A stretch of DNA of 32,000 nucleotides from NCBI RefSeq assembly GCF_001457615.1, contig NZ_LN831024.1, positions 570,001-602,000 of the forward strand, in the 5' to 3' direction. Positions 10,398 through 19,257 of the stretch are shown piece by piece. Made by a program: the position numbers and the translations under genes. Below the pieces are notes generated by a model, which was not told where the DNA came from, did no database searches, and worked only from the letters and a program-made list of their open reading frames with translations. This stretch comes from Pseudomonas aeruginosa. Its GTDB lineage: Bacteria; Pseudomonadota; Gammaproteobacteria; Pseudomonadales; Pseudomonadaceae. Within the stretch, counting starts at the first letter, position 1. Every line of letters starts with the position of its first letter.

Positions 10398-10673
10398 CTA
10401 GGCTGCGTGCTTTCCCAACCAGGGCTCCAGTAGTGCCAGGTCGCGACGCAGGCTTTCGGCGAACAGGTGCAGGCGGGTGGGGTTGTCCAGCTCGCCGGGC
10501 TGGATGCCGACGAAGGTGAAGGTTTCGTCGTGCTCTCGGGCGGCGACATTGATACTGACGGTGCCGTCGTAGTGCATCCGGCACTGGCAGTCGTAGCCTT
10601 CCAGCGCCTGGTTCAGGCTGCGCTGGATCTCGCCGAGATCGGGGTGCTTGTTCTTGCTCATCGCGTCGCTCAT
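10398..10673 (-). CDS. DUF1652-like small protein
   Basis: 91 aa: MSDAMSKNKHPDLGEIQRSLNQALEGYDCQCRMHYDGTVSINVAAREHDETFTFVGIQPGELDNPTRLHLFAESLRRDLALLEPWLGKHAA. The CxC-containing layout resembles pseudomonad DUF1652 proteins. Confidence 0.7.
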   Translation of the reverse strand: MSDAMSKNKHPDLGEIQRSLNQALEGYDCQCRMHYDGTVSINVAAREHDETFTFVGIQPGELDNPTRLHLFAESLRRDLALLEPWLGKHAA

Positions 10674-10946
10674 GCAAGGGGATGGGGCTTTCTTCTCGTG
10701 CAGGGCGAGTCGGGTGGATGCGTCGACGACCTCGGGACCGAGGGGCGGCGTAGCCTCCCGGCCGGCGCGGCGTCTGGGCTTCCCGCCCGGACATTGCTTC
10801 CTGTATCGCCAGGGTAGGGGTGCCTCCGCTATCGTTTCGCGATGCAAATGCACTAGCACCGCTAGTGCAATCGTCACGCGTGCGCGGTCAGGGCGGGCGG
10901 GCATCCTTGCTGCCCCCGGAAAATCGCTCCATCCAAGAGGAACAGC

Positions 10947-12437
10947 ATGAACGACCAGGTACTGCGTACCCAGACCGACCGCCGCCAGTTGCAGCAGATC
11001 ATCGCCGGCCTTACCGAAGGGGTGATCCTGATCGAGCCGGACCAGCGCATCCTCTGGGCCAACGAGGCGGCCCTGGCGATGCACGGCGTCGATTCGCTGG
11101 AAGGCCTGGGCGCCGATACCGGCGAGTATCGCGAACGCTTTCGCCTGCGCTACCGCAACAATCATCCGCTGCAGGAGGGGCAGTACCCGGCCGAGCGCCT
11201 GGTGGCTGGCGAGTGCTTCAGCGACGTGGTGGTGGAAGTGTTTCCCGCCGCCGACGAGGACACCCGCTGGGTGCACCGCGTGCGCGGGTTGGTGCTGACC
11301 ACCCCCGAGGACAAGCCCGACTGCCTGGTGCTGATCCTCCACGACGCCACCGAGTGGGCCAGCGCCGAGCAGCGCTTCGAGAAGACCTTCAATGCCAACC
11401 CGGCGCCGGCGGTGATCTGCCGGCTCAGCGACTACCGCTACGTGAAGGTCAATGTCGGTTTCCTGGAAATGACCGGCTATGCCCGCGACCAGGTGATCGG
11501 CCGTTCGGTGTACGAGCTGGACGTACTCGACCAGGCCGAGCGCCGCGAACTGGCGGTGGAGCGTCTGGGCGCCGGCGAGACCATCCCGCAGATGGAGGCG
11601 AGCCTGCGGGTGGCGGAGGGCGGACGCAAGTGCGTGGTGGTCGCCGGGCAGCCGATAGAGGTCGGCGAGGAGGCCTGCATGCTCTTCACCTTCACCGATC
11701 TCGAACCGCGGAAGAAGGCCGAGGAGGCCCTGCGCAAGAGCGAGGAGCGCTTCGCCAAGGCCTTCCGCATGGCACCGGTGCCGAGCCTGGTGCTGTGCGG
11801 CGACGACCTGCAGGTGCTGGACATCAACCAGGCCTTCAGCGAAACCTTCGGCTACCAGGCCGAGGAACTGCTCGGCGAGTCCACCGTCGCCTGCGGGCTG
11901 TGGCAGGACGGCGGCGCCGAGCGCCTGGGCGAGCTGCTGGCGCAGAGCGGCAGCGTGCGCAACGTCCAGCTGCGCCTGCAGCACAAGGATCGCAACGGCC
12001 TGGACTGCCTGGTCTCGGCCGAGGCGGTGAGCCTCAACGAGCAGGACTGCGTGCTGGTGGCCTTGCTGGACATCAGCGACCGGCGGCGCACCGAAATGGA
12101 GCTGGTGCACGCCATCGAGACGGTGATGCAGGACGCTTCCTGGTTCAGCCGCACCCTGATCGAAAAGCTCGCCAACGTTCGCCGCGCCAACGCGCCGGGC
12201 ACCGGCGCCGAACTGGCCGACCTGACTGCGCGCGAGCGCGAGGTGTTCGACCTCATCTGCCAGGGCCTGGCGGACAAGGAGATCGCCAAGGAACTGGGCC
12301 TGGCGCCGAACACCGTGCGCAACCACGTGGCGACCATCTACGCCAAGCTCGATGTCCACAGCCGTGGCGAGGCCATCGTCTGGGCACGCGAACGCGGATT
12401 CGCGCCGGAGCCGCGCAACGGCAACGGGCGCAAATAA
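10947..12437 (+). CDS. PAS-domain LuxR-family transcriptional regulator
   Basis: 496 aa with repeated PAS/PAC segments (LIEPDQRILWANEAALAMHG; GYARDQVIGRSVYELD; VLDINQAFSETFGYQAEELLGES) and a C-terminal LuxR HTH (LTAREREVFDLICQGLADKEIAKELGLAPNTVRNHVATIYAKLDVHSRGEA). Confidence 0.93.
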   Translation: MNDQVLRTQTDRRQLQQIIAGLTEGVILIEPDQRILWANEAALAMHGVDSLEGLGADTGEYRERFRLRYRNNHPLQEGQYPAERLVAGECFSDVVVEVFPAADEDTRWVHRVRGLVLTTPEDKPDCLVLILHDATEWASAEQRFEKTFNANPAPAVICRLSDYRYVKVNVGFLEMTGYARDQVIGRSVYELDVLDQAERRELAVERLGAGETIPQMEASLRVAEGGRKCVVVAGQPIEVGEEACMLFTFTDLEPRKKAEEALRKSEERFAKAFRMAPVPSLVLCGDDLQVLDINQAFSETFGYQAEELLGESTVACGLWQDGGAERLGELLAQSGSVRNVQLRLQHKDRNGLDCLVSAEAVSLNEQDCVLVALLDISDRRRTEMELVHAIETVMQDASWFSRTLIEKLANVRRANAPGTGAELADLTAREREVFDLICQGLADKEIAKELGLAPNTVRNHVATIYAKLDVHSRGEAIVWARERGFAPEPRNGNGRK

Positions 12438-12773
12438 ACGAAGAGGGTACGAATGCACCAGGGCGGCTGGTGCATTCGTACCTGTCGCCCGCTCCCGTCG
12501 GCGCCGACACTGGCGCAGCACGCCCGGCATGCCCCCGCCCGTGGTCGTGCACCTTTTCTCCGCGGCGCGAGCCGCGCTGTCCGCACGTCTGTTCCCCTCG
12601 CCAGTTTCGCTCTGGCGGGGGCTTCCCGCCTCCTTTCGAATATTTGCCCCTCTGCCTCTGCTGGTGCGCGACGGCATCCTGCCGGCCGTTTGCGAATGCT
12701 CGGGACTGGTTTCGTGAAATTTTAAGTGTTATTTTTCATGAAAAATAACCAATATAATTTCACGGAGGTCGCG

Positions 12774-14063
12774 ATGTTCCTGCAATCCAACGAGCATATC
12801 GGCACTTACTACGCCGCCGTCAATCCCGAACTGATCCAGCCGCGCCAGGCCCTGGAGGGTGACCTCGACTGCGAGGTGCTGGTGGTCGGCGCCGGTTTCA
12901 GCGGCTTGCACACGGCGCTGCGGCTGGTCGAAGGCGGACGCCAGGTATGCGTCATCGAAGCCAGCCGGATCGCCTGGGCGGCCTCCGGGCGCAACGGTGG
13001 GCAGGCGCTGCCCGGCTGGTCCAGCGACCTGCCGCCGCTGGAGGCCGACCTCGGCTACGAAGGCGCACGCCGTCTCTGGGACGGCATGCTCTGGGCGGCC
13101 GGCGAGATGCGCGAGTTGCCGCAGCGACATGGCTTCGACTGCGACTACCGGGTCGGTCACCTATGGACGGCGATCCTGCCGCGCCGGGTCGGCCTGCTCT
13201 ACGACTGGCAGGCCGAGGCCAACCGTCGCTGGGGCTACGAGGGGCTACGCTTCGTGGCGAAGGACGAGTTGCCCGAATGGATCGCCAGCGAGCGCTACCT
13301 TGCCGGTCTCTACGACCCCCACGCCGCACACCTGAATCCGCTCAAGCTGGCGTTCGGCCTGGCCGCCGCCATCGAGCGCGCCGGCGGGCGTATCCACGAG
13401 CGGACCCGGGCCCTGAACTATCGCGAGGAGGGCGACGGCTACCGGGTCCGTACCGAGCACGGCGAGATCCGCTGCGCGGCGCTGGTGCTGGCCTGCAACG
13501 CCTACATCGACGGGCTGGACAGCGAGCTGTCGCAACGGATGCTGCCGGTGGGCACCTATCAGGTCGCCACTGAGCCGCTCGGCGAGGAACGGGCGAAGTC
13601 GTTGCTGCCGCGCAACTGCTGCGTGACCGACAACCAGTTCGTCCTCGACTACTTCCGCCTGACCCCGGACCACCGCCTGCTGTTCGGCGGCGGCTGCACC
13701 TACCTGGGCGGCATGCCCAGCGACATCCGCGCCGCCACCCGGCCCTATCTCGAAAGGGTGTTCCCGCAGTTGCGCGGGGTGGCGCTGGAGTATGCCTGGG
13801 GCGGGCATATCGACTGCAGCATGCGGCGTACCCCGGACATCGGCCGGCAGGGCAACCGCTACTGGCTGCAAGGCTACTCCGGCCACGGCGTGCTGCCGAG
13901 TCTGGCGGCGGCCAGGGCGGTCAGCGACGCGCTGCTCGGCGACGACGAGACCCTGGCGCTCTACCAGCGCCTGCGCAATCCGAAGTTTCCCGGCGGCCAG
14001 CGCTTCGCCGCGCCGCTGGAAGCCCTGGGCAAAGCGTATTACCGTTTGCGCGACCTGTTCTGA
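12774..14063 (+). CDS. pauB1: FAD-dependent oxidoreductase of the gamma-glutamylputrescine/polyamine type, PauB-like
   Basis: 429 aa from ATG at 12774 with GGAGG ribosome-binding site. DAO-family features: CEVLVVGAGFSGLHTALRLVEGGRQVCVIEA, ASGRNGGQALPGWS, GYSGHGVLPSLAAARAVSD. The specific paralogue symbol is from recall of locus order. Confidence 0.8.
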   Translation: MFLQSNEHIGTYYAAVNPELIQPRQALEGDLDCEVLVVGAGFSGLHTALRLVEGGRQVCVIEASRIAWAASGRNGGQALPGWSSDLPPLEADLGYEGARRLWDGMLWAAGEMRELPQRHGFDCDYRVGHLWTAILPRRVGLLYDWQAEANRRWGYEGLRFVAKDELPEWIASERYLAGLYDPHAAHLNPLKLAFGLAAAIERAGGRIHERTRALNYREEGDGYRVRTEHGEIRCAALVLACNAYIDGLDSELSQRMLPVGTYQVATEPLGEERAKSLLPRNCCVTDNQFVLDYFRLTPDHRLLFGGGCTYLGGMPSDIRAATRPYLERVFPQLRGVALEYAWGGHIDCSMRRTPDIGRQGNRYWLQGYSGHGVLPSLAAARAVSDALLGDDETLALYQRLRNPKFPGGQRFAAPLEALGKAYYRLRDLF

Positions 14064-14080
14064 GAGGGCCCGGAACCGAG

Positions 14081-14635
14081 ATGAGCGAAGTAGCCGACGA
14101 CCTGGCGGAGATCGCCAGCCTGGTGCGCGAATTGCGCAAGCGCAAGGGCATCACCCTGCAGGCGCTGGCCGACGGCATTCGCCGTTCGGTGGGCTTCGTC
14201 TCCCAGGTCGAGCGCGGCCTTTCGCGGCCGGCGGTGGACGACCTGGTCGCCATCAGCCAGGTGCTCGGGGTGCCGGCGACCTACTTCTTCTGCTCGCCGA
14301 AGATCCAGGCCTCGCCCTGGGTGACCCGCCCGGGCGAGCGTCGGACCCTGGCCTACGCTCGTGGCGCCAGCGACAACCTGGTATCGCCGCGTCTCGGCGG
14401 CGCCTTCTTCATGCTCGAAACCTGCCTTGAAGCGGGTGCCGACAGCGGCGAGCGCGACCTGCTGGACAGCTCGGAGCAGGGCGGCTACGTGCTCGAAGGC
14501 GAGCTGACCCTGTGGCTGGAGGACGAGGAGCTGCGCCTGCAGGCCGGCGACGGTTTCCAGATTCCCAGCCATATGCGCAGCCGCTACGCCAACCGCAGCC
14601 AGGCGCCGGTCAGGGTGCTCTGGGTATACGCCTGA
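14081..14635 (+). CDS. XRE-family HTH regulator with C-terminal cupin domain
   Basis: 184 aa: RELRKRKGITLQALADGIRRSVGFVSQVERGLSRPAVDDLVAISQVLGV (HTH) plus a cupin (EQGGYVLEGELTLWLEDEELRLQAGDGFQIPSHMRSRYAN). Confidence 0.92.
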   Translation: MSEVADDLAEIASLVRELRKRKGITLQALADGIRRSVGFVSQVERGLSRPAVDDLVAISQVLGVPATYFFCSPKIQASPWVTRPGERRTLAYARGASDNLVSPRLGGAFFMLETCLEAGADSGERDLLDSSEQGGYVLEGELTLWLEDEELRLQAGDGFQIPSHMRSRYANRSQAPVRVLWVYA

Positions 14636-14711
14636 CGAAGCGCGTTACCCGGTCGTTTGCCGGATAGCGGCGAAGACTTCCGGCATCGGCGAGAACCGTC
14701 GCCGACCGATG

Positions 14712-14743
14712 AAAAAAGCCCGAGGCACAGGCCTCGGGCTTTT
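14712..14743. terminator. Bidirectional intrinsic terminator
   Basis: AAAAAAGCCCGAGGC-ACAG-GCCTCGGGCTTTT lies between convergent genes, with an A tract 5' and a T tract 3'. Confidence 0.88.
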
Positions 14744-14745
14744 CG

Positions 14746-15771
14746 TCACCAGCGTCCGGAGGCGCCGCCGCCGCCGCTGGAGCCGCCGCCACCGCGGAAG
14801 ATGCTGCCACCGCCGCTGCCGCCTCCCCCACCGCCGCCGCGACTATTGAGGATGGCGCTGAGGATGGCCATCAGCACTTCGCCGGGAAGCAGGAACAGGG
14901 CGTAGATGAACAGGGTCGGCGCCAGTACGCCGAGACTGTCGTCCGCCGCGCGGTCGACGTTCTGCCACAGGCCCATGCTCAACAGCCAGGCCAGGCCGGC
15001 GACCGCCGCGCTGCAAAGCAGGAAGCGGCCGATGCTGCGCCGCCGCATCCACTGCAACGGCAGCAGGCGTCCGAGTAGGGCCACGGCGAGCAGGACCGCC
15101 ACATAGACACCGAGGTAGACCGGGTTGCCCCAGAGCTGTCCGCTCAGGCCGCTCTTCTTTTTCGGCTCCGGCGGGGCGCTGTCATACACCTCACCCTCGT
15201 CGACCGGTGGCGGCAGGGCCCGCGGCGGCGTGGCCTCGGGAACCGCCGGCAAGGCGTCGACGGGAGCGCTGGCGGTAGCGCTTTCCGGGTTCTTCTCGGC
15301 ATCGATCAGTTGCACCAGGCTGTCCACGCCGGCCTGGATTCCGCCATAGAAATTGCCCTGGCGGAACTGCGGCGTGATCCGCTCGCTGATGATCCGTCCG
15401 GCCTGGACGTCGGTGATGGCCCCTTCCAGGCCGTAGCCGACCTCGATGCGCAGGGTGCGGTCGTTCTTCGCCACCAGCAGCAGGACGCCGTCGTCGACCT
15501 TCTTCTGGCCCAGCTTCCATTTCTCGAAGGTACGCACCGCGTACTCCTCGATGGAATCGTCGCCGGTGGTCGGGACCAGCAGCACCGCGAGCTGCGCGCC
15601 GCTCTTGGCTTCCAGGGCGGCGAGCTGTTGCTCCAGGTGCTGGCGCTGGTCGCCGGAAAGGGTCGCGGTGAGGTCGGTGACCCGCGCCGTCAACGCGGGT
15701 ATCGGTGGCACATCGGCCCAGGCGACCAGGCTGGCGAGCAGCAGCCCGGCGCCCAGTAGCAGCCGGCGCAT
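14746..15771 (-). CDS. TPM-domain (YgcG-family) membrane protein with Gly-rich C-terminus
   Basis: 341 aa with signal peptide, TPM domain (IPALTARVTDLTATLSGDQRQHLEQQLAALEAKSGAQLAVLLVPTTGDDSIEEYAVRTFEKWKLGQKKVDDGVLLLVA), TM segments and a GGGGGGGSGGGSIFRGGGGSSGGGGASGRW tail. Confidence 0.92.
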   Translation of the reverse strand: MRRLLLGAGLLLASLVAWADVPPIPALTARVTDLTATLSGDQRQHLEQQLAALEAKSGAQLAVLLVPTTGDDSIEEYAVRTFEKWKLGQKKVDDGVLLLVAKNDRTLRIEVGYGLEGAITDVQAGRIISERITPQFRQGNFYGGIQAGVDSLVQLIDAEKNPESATASAPVDALPAVPEATPPRALPPPVDEGEVYDSAPPEPKKKSGLSGQLWGNPVYLGVYVAVLLAVALLGRLLPLQWMRRRSIGRFLLCSAAVAGLAWLLSMGLWQNVDRAADDSLGVLAPTLFIYALFLLPGEVLMAILSAILNSRGGGGGGGSGGGSIFRGGGGSSGGGGASGRW

Positions 15772-15774
15772 GGC

Positions 15775-16395
15775 TTACTGCGCCGGTTGCGGGTTGCCGA
15801 AATCGACTTTCGGCGCGGTGGAGATGGCCGCTTCGTTTTCCACGCTGAAGTTCGCCTTGGGCTTGTAGCCGAACAGCTTGGCGGTGATCACGCCGGGGAA
15901 CTGGCGCAGCAGCACGTTGTATTCCTGTACCGACTTGACGTAGCGGCCGCGAGCGACGGCGATGCGGTTCTCGGTGCCTTCCAGTTGGGTCAGCAGGTCC
16001 TTGAACAGGCCATCGGCCTTCAGTTGCGGGTAGTTCTCGGTGACTACCAGCAGGCGCGAAAGCGCCGAGCTCAGTTCGCCCTGGGCCTTCTGGAAGCGCT
16101 GCACGGCCTGCTCGTCGTCCAGTTGGTCGGCGTTCAGTTGCACGCTGCCGACCTTGGCCCGGGCCTCGGTGACCTGGGTCAGGACCGACGCCTCATGGGA
16201 GGCATAGCCCTTCACCGTGCTGACCAGGTTGGGCACCAGGTCGGCGCGCCGCTGGTACTGGTTGAGCACTTCCGACCAGGCGGCTTTCACCTGTTCGTCG
16301 CCGGCCTGCATGGCGTTGTAGCCGCAGCCGCTGAGCAGCAGGGCGAGGACGGGAAGGAGGGCATTTCTGAGGAATCGAGGCATGGTGGTACTCAT
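15775..16395 (-). CDS. LemA family lipoprotein
   Basis: 206 aa with lipobox LLLSGC and LemA-type sequence NQYQRRADLVPNLVSTVKGYASHEASVLTQVTEARAKV...NVLLRQFPGVITAKLFGYKPKANFSVE. Confidence 0.93.
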   Translation of the reverse strand: MSTTMPRFLRNALLPVLALLLSGCGYNAMQAGDEQVKAAWSEVLNQYQRRADLVPNLVSTVKGYASHEASVLTQVTEARAKVGSVQLNADQLDDEQAVQRFQKAQGELSSALSRLLVVTENYPQLKADGLFKDLLTQLEGTENRIAVARGRYVKSVQEYNVLLRQFPGVITAKLFGYKPKANFSVENEAAISTAPKVDFGNPQPAQ

Positions 16396-16470
16396 CCGGG
16401 TTGAGAAAGCTCGATTGTAGACCAGCCAATGGCCAGCACGTTCCTTGTGCCGGCACGGATATCGGCTCTG

Positions 16471-17052
16471 TCAGGCGGTGCGGCGGCCGAACGCCAGCTT
16501 GGCCGCCAGGACCAGCAGGCAGAACACGAACAGCGCCAGCGACCAGACCGCCATGGACTGGCCGAGCAGGGTCCAGACCACTTCGCCGCACAGCCCCTCG
16601 GGCTGGAAGACCTGCGGCAGCCAGCTATCCAGCGGTATCCATTCGGGGAAGCCCATGAACATCTTGCAACTGCCCATGCCCTGGGCAGCCAGTTTCTCTT
16701 CCGCGACCAGCGACCAGGCGTGGTAGATCCCGCCCAGGCTGGCGGCGAGCATGCCCAGCGCGGCGATGCCGCCGGCGATCCGCGAACGCGGGGCGAGGCT
16801 GCCGACGATCCCGGCGAGCACCAGGCCGAGCACGTCCAGGCGAATGAAGATGCACAGCGAGCAGGGCGCGAAGCCGCGCACGTGCTGGAGGTAGAGGACG
16901 AAAGCGAGGATCAGCAGGCCGCCGATGGCGACCGCGGGCCAGAACAAGCGATTGTCGAGGGGCTTGAGGAGAGCGCTCAAGGCAGGGATTCCTGTGTCGT
17001 TGATAAGGGAGGCCGGGCCGGCACTGTGCGGCGCTGGCCGATGGTAGTCCAT
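16471..17052 (-). CDS. dsbB: Disulfide bond formation protein DsbB; start site uncertain
   Basis: ORF of 193 aa containing four TM segments and the paired cysteine motifs APCSLCIFIRLDVLGL and the loop GSCKMFMGFPEWIPLDSW...EGLCGEVVW. The true start is probably internal, at a non-ATG codon. Confidence 0.87.
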   Translation of the reverse strand: MDYHRPAPHSAGPASLINDTGIPALSALLKPLDNRLFWPAVAIGGLLILAFVLYLQHVRGFAPCSLCIFIRLDVLGLVLAGIVGSLAPRSRIAGGIAALGMLAASLGGIYHAWSLVAEEKLAAQGMGSCKMFMGFPEWIPLDSWLPQVFQPEGLCGEVVWTLLGQSMAVWSLALFVFCLLVLAAKLAFGRRTA

Positions 17053-17208
17053 CAGGATTGTCCGAAGATTAAGCCGTTTGACGTAACGATGTCTGCTGCA
17101 TGTTTCTCCGCTTTCGTAGGAGCTTTCAGGGAAAAACGCCGCAACGAGGCGAGCATTTGGAGCCTCCGCCGGGATAGACTATCCTGGTCTATACCAATAA
17201 GGCCCGTC

Positions 17209-18039
17209 ATGCTAGCCACCAGCCTGGTGCTATGCGCCGCCGTTCTCCACGCCACCTGGAACACCCTGGTCAAGTTCAGCAGCGACCGCTTGCTGGTCGT
17301 CGCCTGCATGGACGTTGTCGGCGTGCTCTGCGCCATCCTGCTGTTGCCCTTCGTCAGCCTGCCGCCGGCCGAAGTCTGGCCCTGGCTGCTCGGCGCCACC
17401 GTCCTGCAACTGCTCTACCGGGTACTGCTGATCGAGGCCTACAAGGTCGGCGACCTGGGCCTGGTCTATCCGCTGATGCGCGGGCTGTCGCCGCTGGTGG
17501 TGCTGGGCCTGACCCTGGCGTTCGGCGGCGAGCAGCTCAGCGGCCGGCAGATCCTCGGCATCCTGTTGATCCCCTTCGGCATGCTTTGCCTGCTCTGGGG
17601 CGGCGGCGGTTCGCGGCTGCCCTGGCGGACCCTGCCGGTGGTGCTGCTGATCGGCCTGTGCATCGGCGGCTACACCTGGAGCGACGGCAACGCCTTGAAG
17701 CGCTGGCCGTTGGCGCTTGACTACCTGGTCTGGCTGACGCTGCTTTCCGGCCTGCCGTTCCCGCTGATCGCCGTCGGCGCGCGAACCCGCGCCTTCGCCC
17801 GCTTCTGGGCGCTGGAGTGGAAGCTCGGCCTGGCGGTCGGGGTCTGCGTGTTGGCCAGCTACGGCCTGGTGCTGTGGGCCATGCAGCTGGGGTCGATCGC
17901 CGAAGCGGCAGCGTTGCGCGAGACCAGCGTGCTGCTGGCGGTGCTGTTCGGCATGCGCTTCCTCAACGAGCCGTTCGGACTGCCACGCCTGCTGGCGTGC
18001 GGCCTGGTGCTGGCCGGAATGCTGCTGATGAAGCTCTGA
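17209..18039 (+). CDS. EamA/DMT-family membrane transporter
   Basis: 276 aa from ATG at 17209 with about ten hydrophobic helices and duplicated EamA-like halves (LVLCAAVLHATWNTLVK ... RETSVLLAVLFGMRFLNEPFGLPRLLACGLVLAGMLLM). Confidence 0.87.
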   Translation: MLATSLVLCAAVLHATWNTLVKFSSDRLLVVACMDVVGVLCAILLLPFVSLPPAEVWPWLLGATVLQLLYRVLLIEAYKVGDLGLVYPLMRGLSPLVVLGLTLAFGGEQLSGRQILGILLIPFGMLCLLWGGGGSRLPWRTLPVVLLIGLCIGGYTWSDGNALKRWPLALDYLVWLTLLSGLPFPLIAVGARTRAFARFWALEWKLGLAVGVCVLASYGLVLWAMQLGSIAEAAALRETSVLLAVLFGMRFLNEPFGLPRLLACGLVLAGMLLMKL

Positions 18040-18108
18040 AGGGGCTGTGCCTTTACAGAACGAGCGGCGCCAGCTTGAGTTGCAGTTCCACAACTACAAG
18101 GAACTGCC

Positions 18109-18495
18109 ATGACCATCGCTTTCTGGTGCGTGCTGATCGCGATCTTCCTGCCTTACGTCTGTACCTCCATCGCCAAGTTCGGCGGGGAGGGCTACGGCGG
18201 TCGGGCCAACGCCGACCCGCGGGCGTTCCTCGGTTCGCTCGAAGGCTTTCGCCGGCGTGCCAACAACGCCCAGTTGAACGCTTTCGAAGTGACCCCGGCG
18301 TTCGCCGCGGCGGTGATCATCGCCCATCTGGTCGGCAACGCTTCGCAGGCGACCCTGGATAGCCTGGCCATTGCCTGGATCACCAGTCGCCTGCTCTACG
18401 TCATCTGCTACCTCGCCGACTGGGGGCCGTTGCGCTCGCTGGTCTGGTTCGTCGGCATGCTGCTCATCGCCGCGTTCTTCGTGGTTTCCGCCTGA
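18109..18495 (+). CDS. MAPEG family membrane protein
   Basis: 128 aa with four TM segments and MAPEG-like pattern (RANNAQLNAFEVTPAFAAAVIIAHLVG ... LDSLAIAWITSRLLYVICYLAD). Confidence 0.87.
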   Translation: MTIAFWCVLIAIFLPYVCTSIAKFGGEGYGGRANADPRAFLGSLEGFRRRANNAQLNAFEVTPAFAAAVIIAHLVGNASQATLDSLAIAWITSRLLYVICYLADWGPLRSLVWFVGMLLIAAFFVVSA

Positions 18496-18607
18496 GCAGC
18501 CCGCTGCGGCCTATGGCCGCAGTGCGGGCGCGCGGCTCTGGATCAATCGGCGGTGGCGGCGGATAATCCGCCGCTTCCGTGATCGACCCTGAAAAAAGAG
18601 CCTTGCC

Positions 18608-19066
18608 ATGAAGCTGAAGTCCCTGCTCGTCGTGCTGCTGGCCGGCGTCGCCCTGAGCGGCTGTCACCGTATGGATCCCAATTCGCCCGAGGCCAAGCGC
18701 CAGGCGATCTTCAAGGAAATGCTACGGACCAGCGAGGACATGGGCGGGATGCTCCGCGGACGCCTGCCCTTCGACGCGGAGAAGTTCCGTGCCGGATCGG
18801 CGAAGTTGCACCAACTGGCCGACCAGCCCTGGCAGTACTTCCCCAGTCCCAAGGCCGGCGAGGAGGGCGAGGACACCCGCGCCAAGGACGAGGTCTGGCA
18901 GCGCCAGCAGGAGTTCAAGGCCGCCACCCAGGTCTTCATCGACGCGATGAACCGTCTCCAGGACAACACCCGCCAGGCCACGCCGACCCCGGATGGCGTG
19001 CGCAAGGACTTCGCCGCGGTGGAAGACGCCTGCGAAGCCTGCCACAAGAAATTCCGCGCGCTCTGA
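18608..19066 (+). CDS. Cytochrome c'-like protein, predicted lipoprotein
   Basis: 152 aa with signal and lipobox (VALSGC), a four-helix-type body and a C-terminal heme motif CEACHKKF. Confidence 0.87.
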   Translation: MKLKSLLVVLLAGVALSGCHRMDPNSPEAKRQAIFKEMLRTSEDMGGMLRGRLPFDAEKFRAGSAKLHQLADQPWQYFPSPKAGEEGEDTRAKDEVWQRQQEFKAATQVFIDAMNRLQDNTRQATPTPDGVRKDFAAVEDACEACHKKFRAL

Positions 19067-19082
19067 GGCCGGACCGGGCGTT

Positions 19083-19245
19083 ATACGCCGTGCCTGGAAG
19101 GCGCGAGGGGTAGGGCGAATGAGCGCTGGCGCTCATCCGCCGTTGCGGCAGCGCTGGGCGGCACCTGGTGTCCCGCTGCGGCGCGGATGGCGGATAACAC
19201 CATGGGCGTCATACGCCTTGCGTGGGAGGCGCGAGGCGTAGGGCG
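19083..19245. repeat. Intergenic repeat pair with REP-like palindromes
   Basis: Direct copies: ATACGCCGTGCCTGGAAGGCGCGAGGGGTAGGGCG (19083-19117) and ATACGCCTTGCGTGGGAGGCGCGAGGCGTAGGGCG (19211-19245). A hairpin GAGCGCTGGCGCTC and a GGCGGATAAC...GTCATACGCC imperfect palindrome lie between and around them. Confidence 0.75.
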
Positions 19246-19257
19246 GTACCTGGTGTC

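Noticed and set aside
10674-12677. Long upstream extension of the minus-strand 759-aa ORF at 10398
   Set aside because: Only the last 91 codons (10398-10673) look like a protein. The rest is antisense to the PAS-LuxR gene.
14746-14850. GGC/GCC-rich tandem-looking stretch
   Set aside because: It encodes the Gly-rich C-terminal tail common in TPM/YgcG-family proteins, not an independent repeat element.
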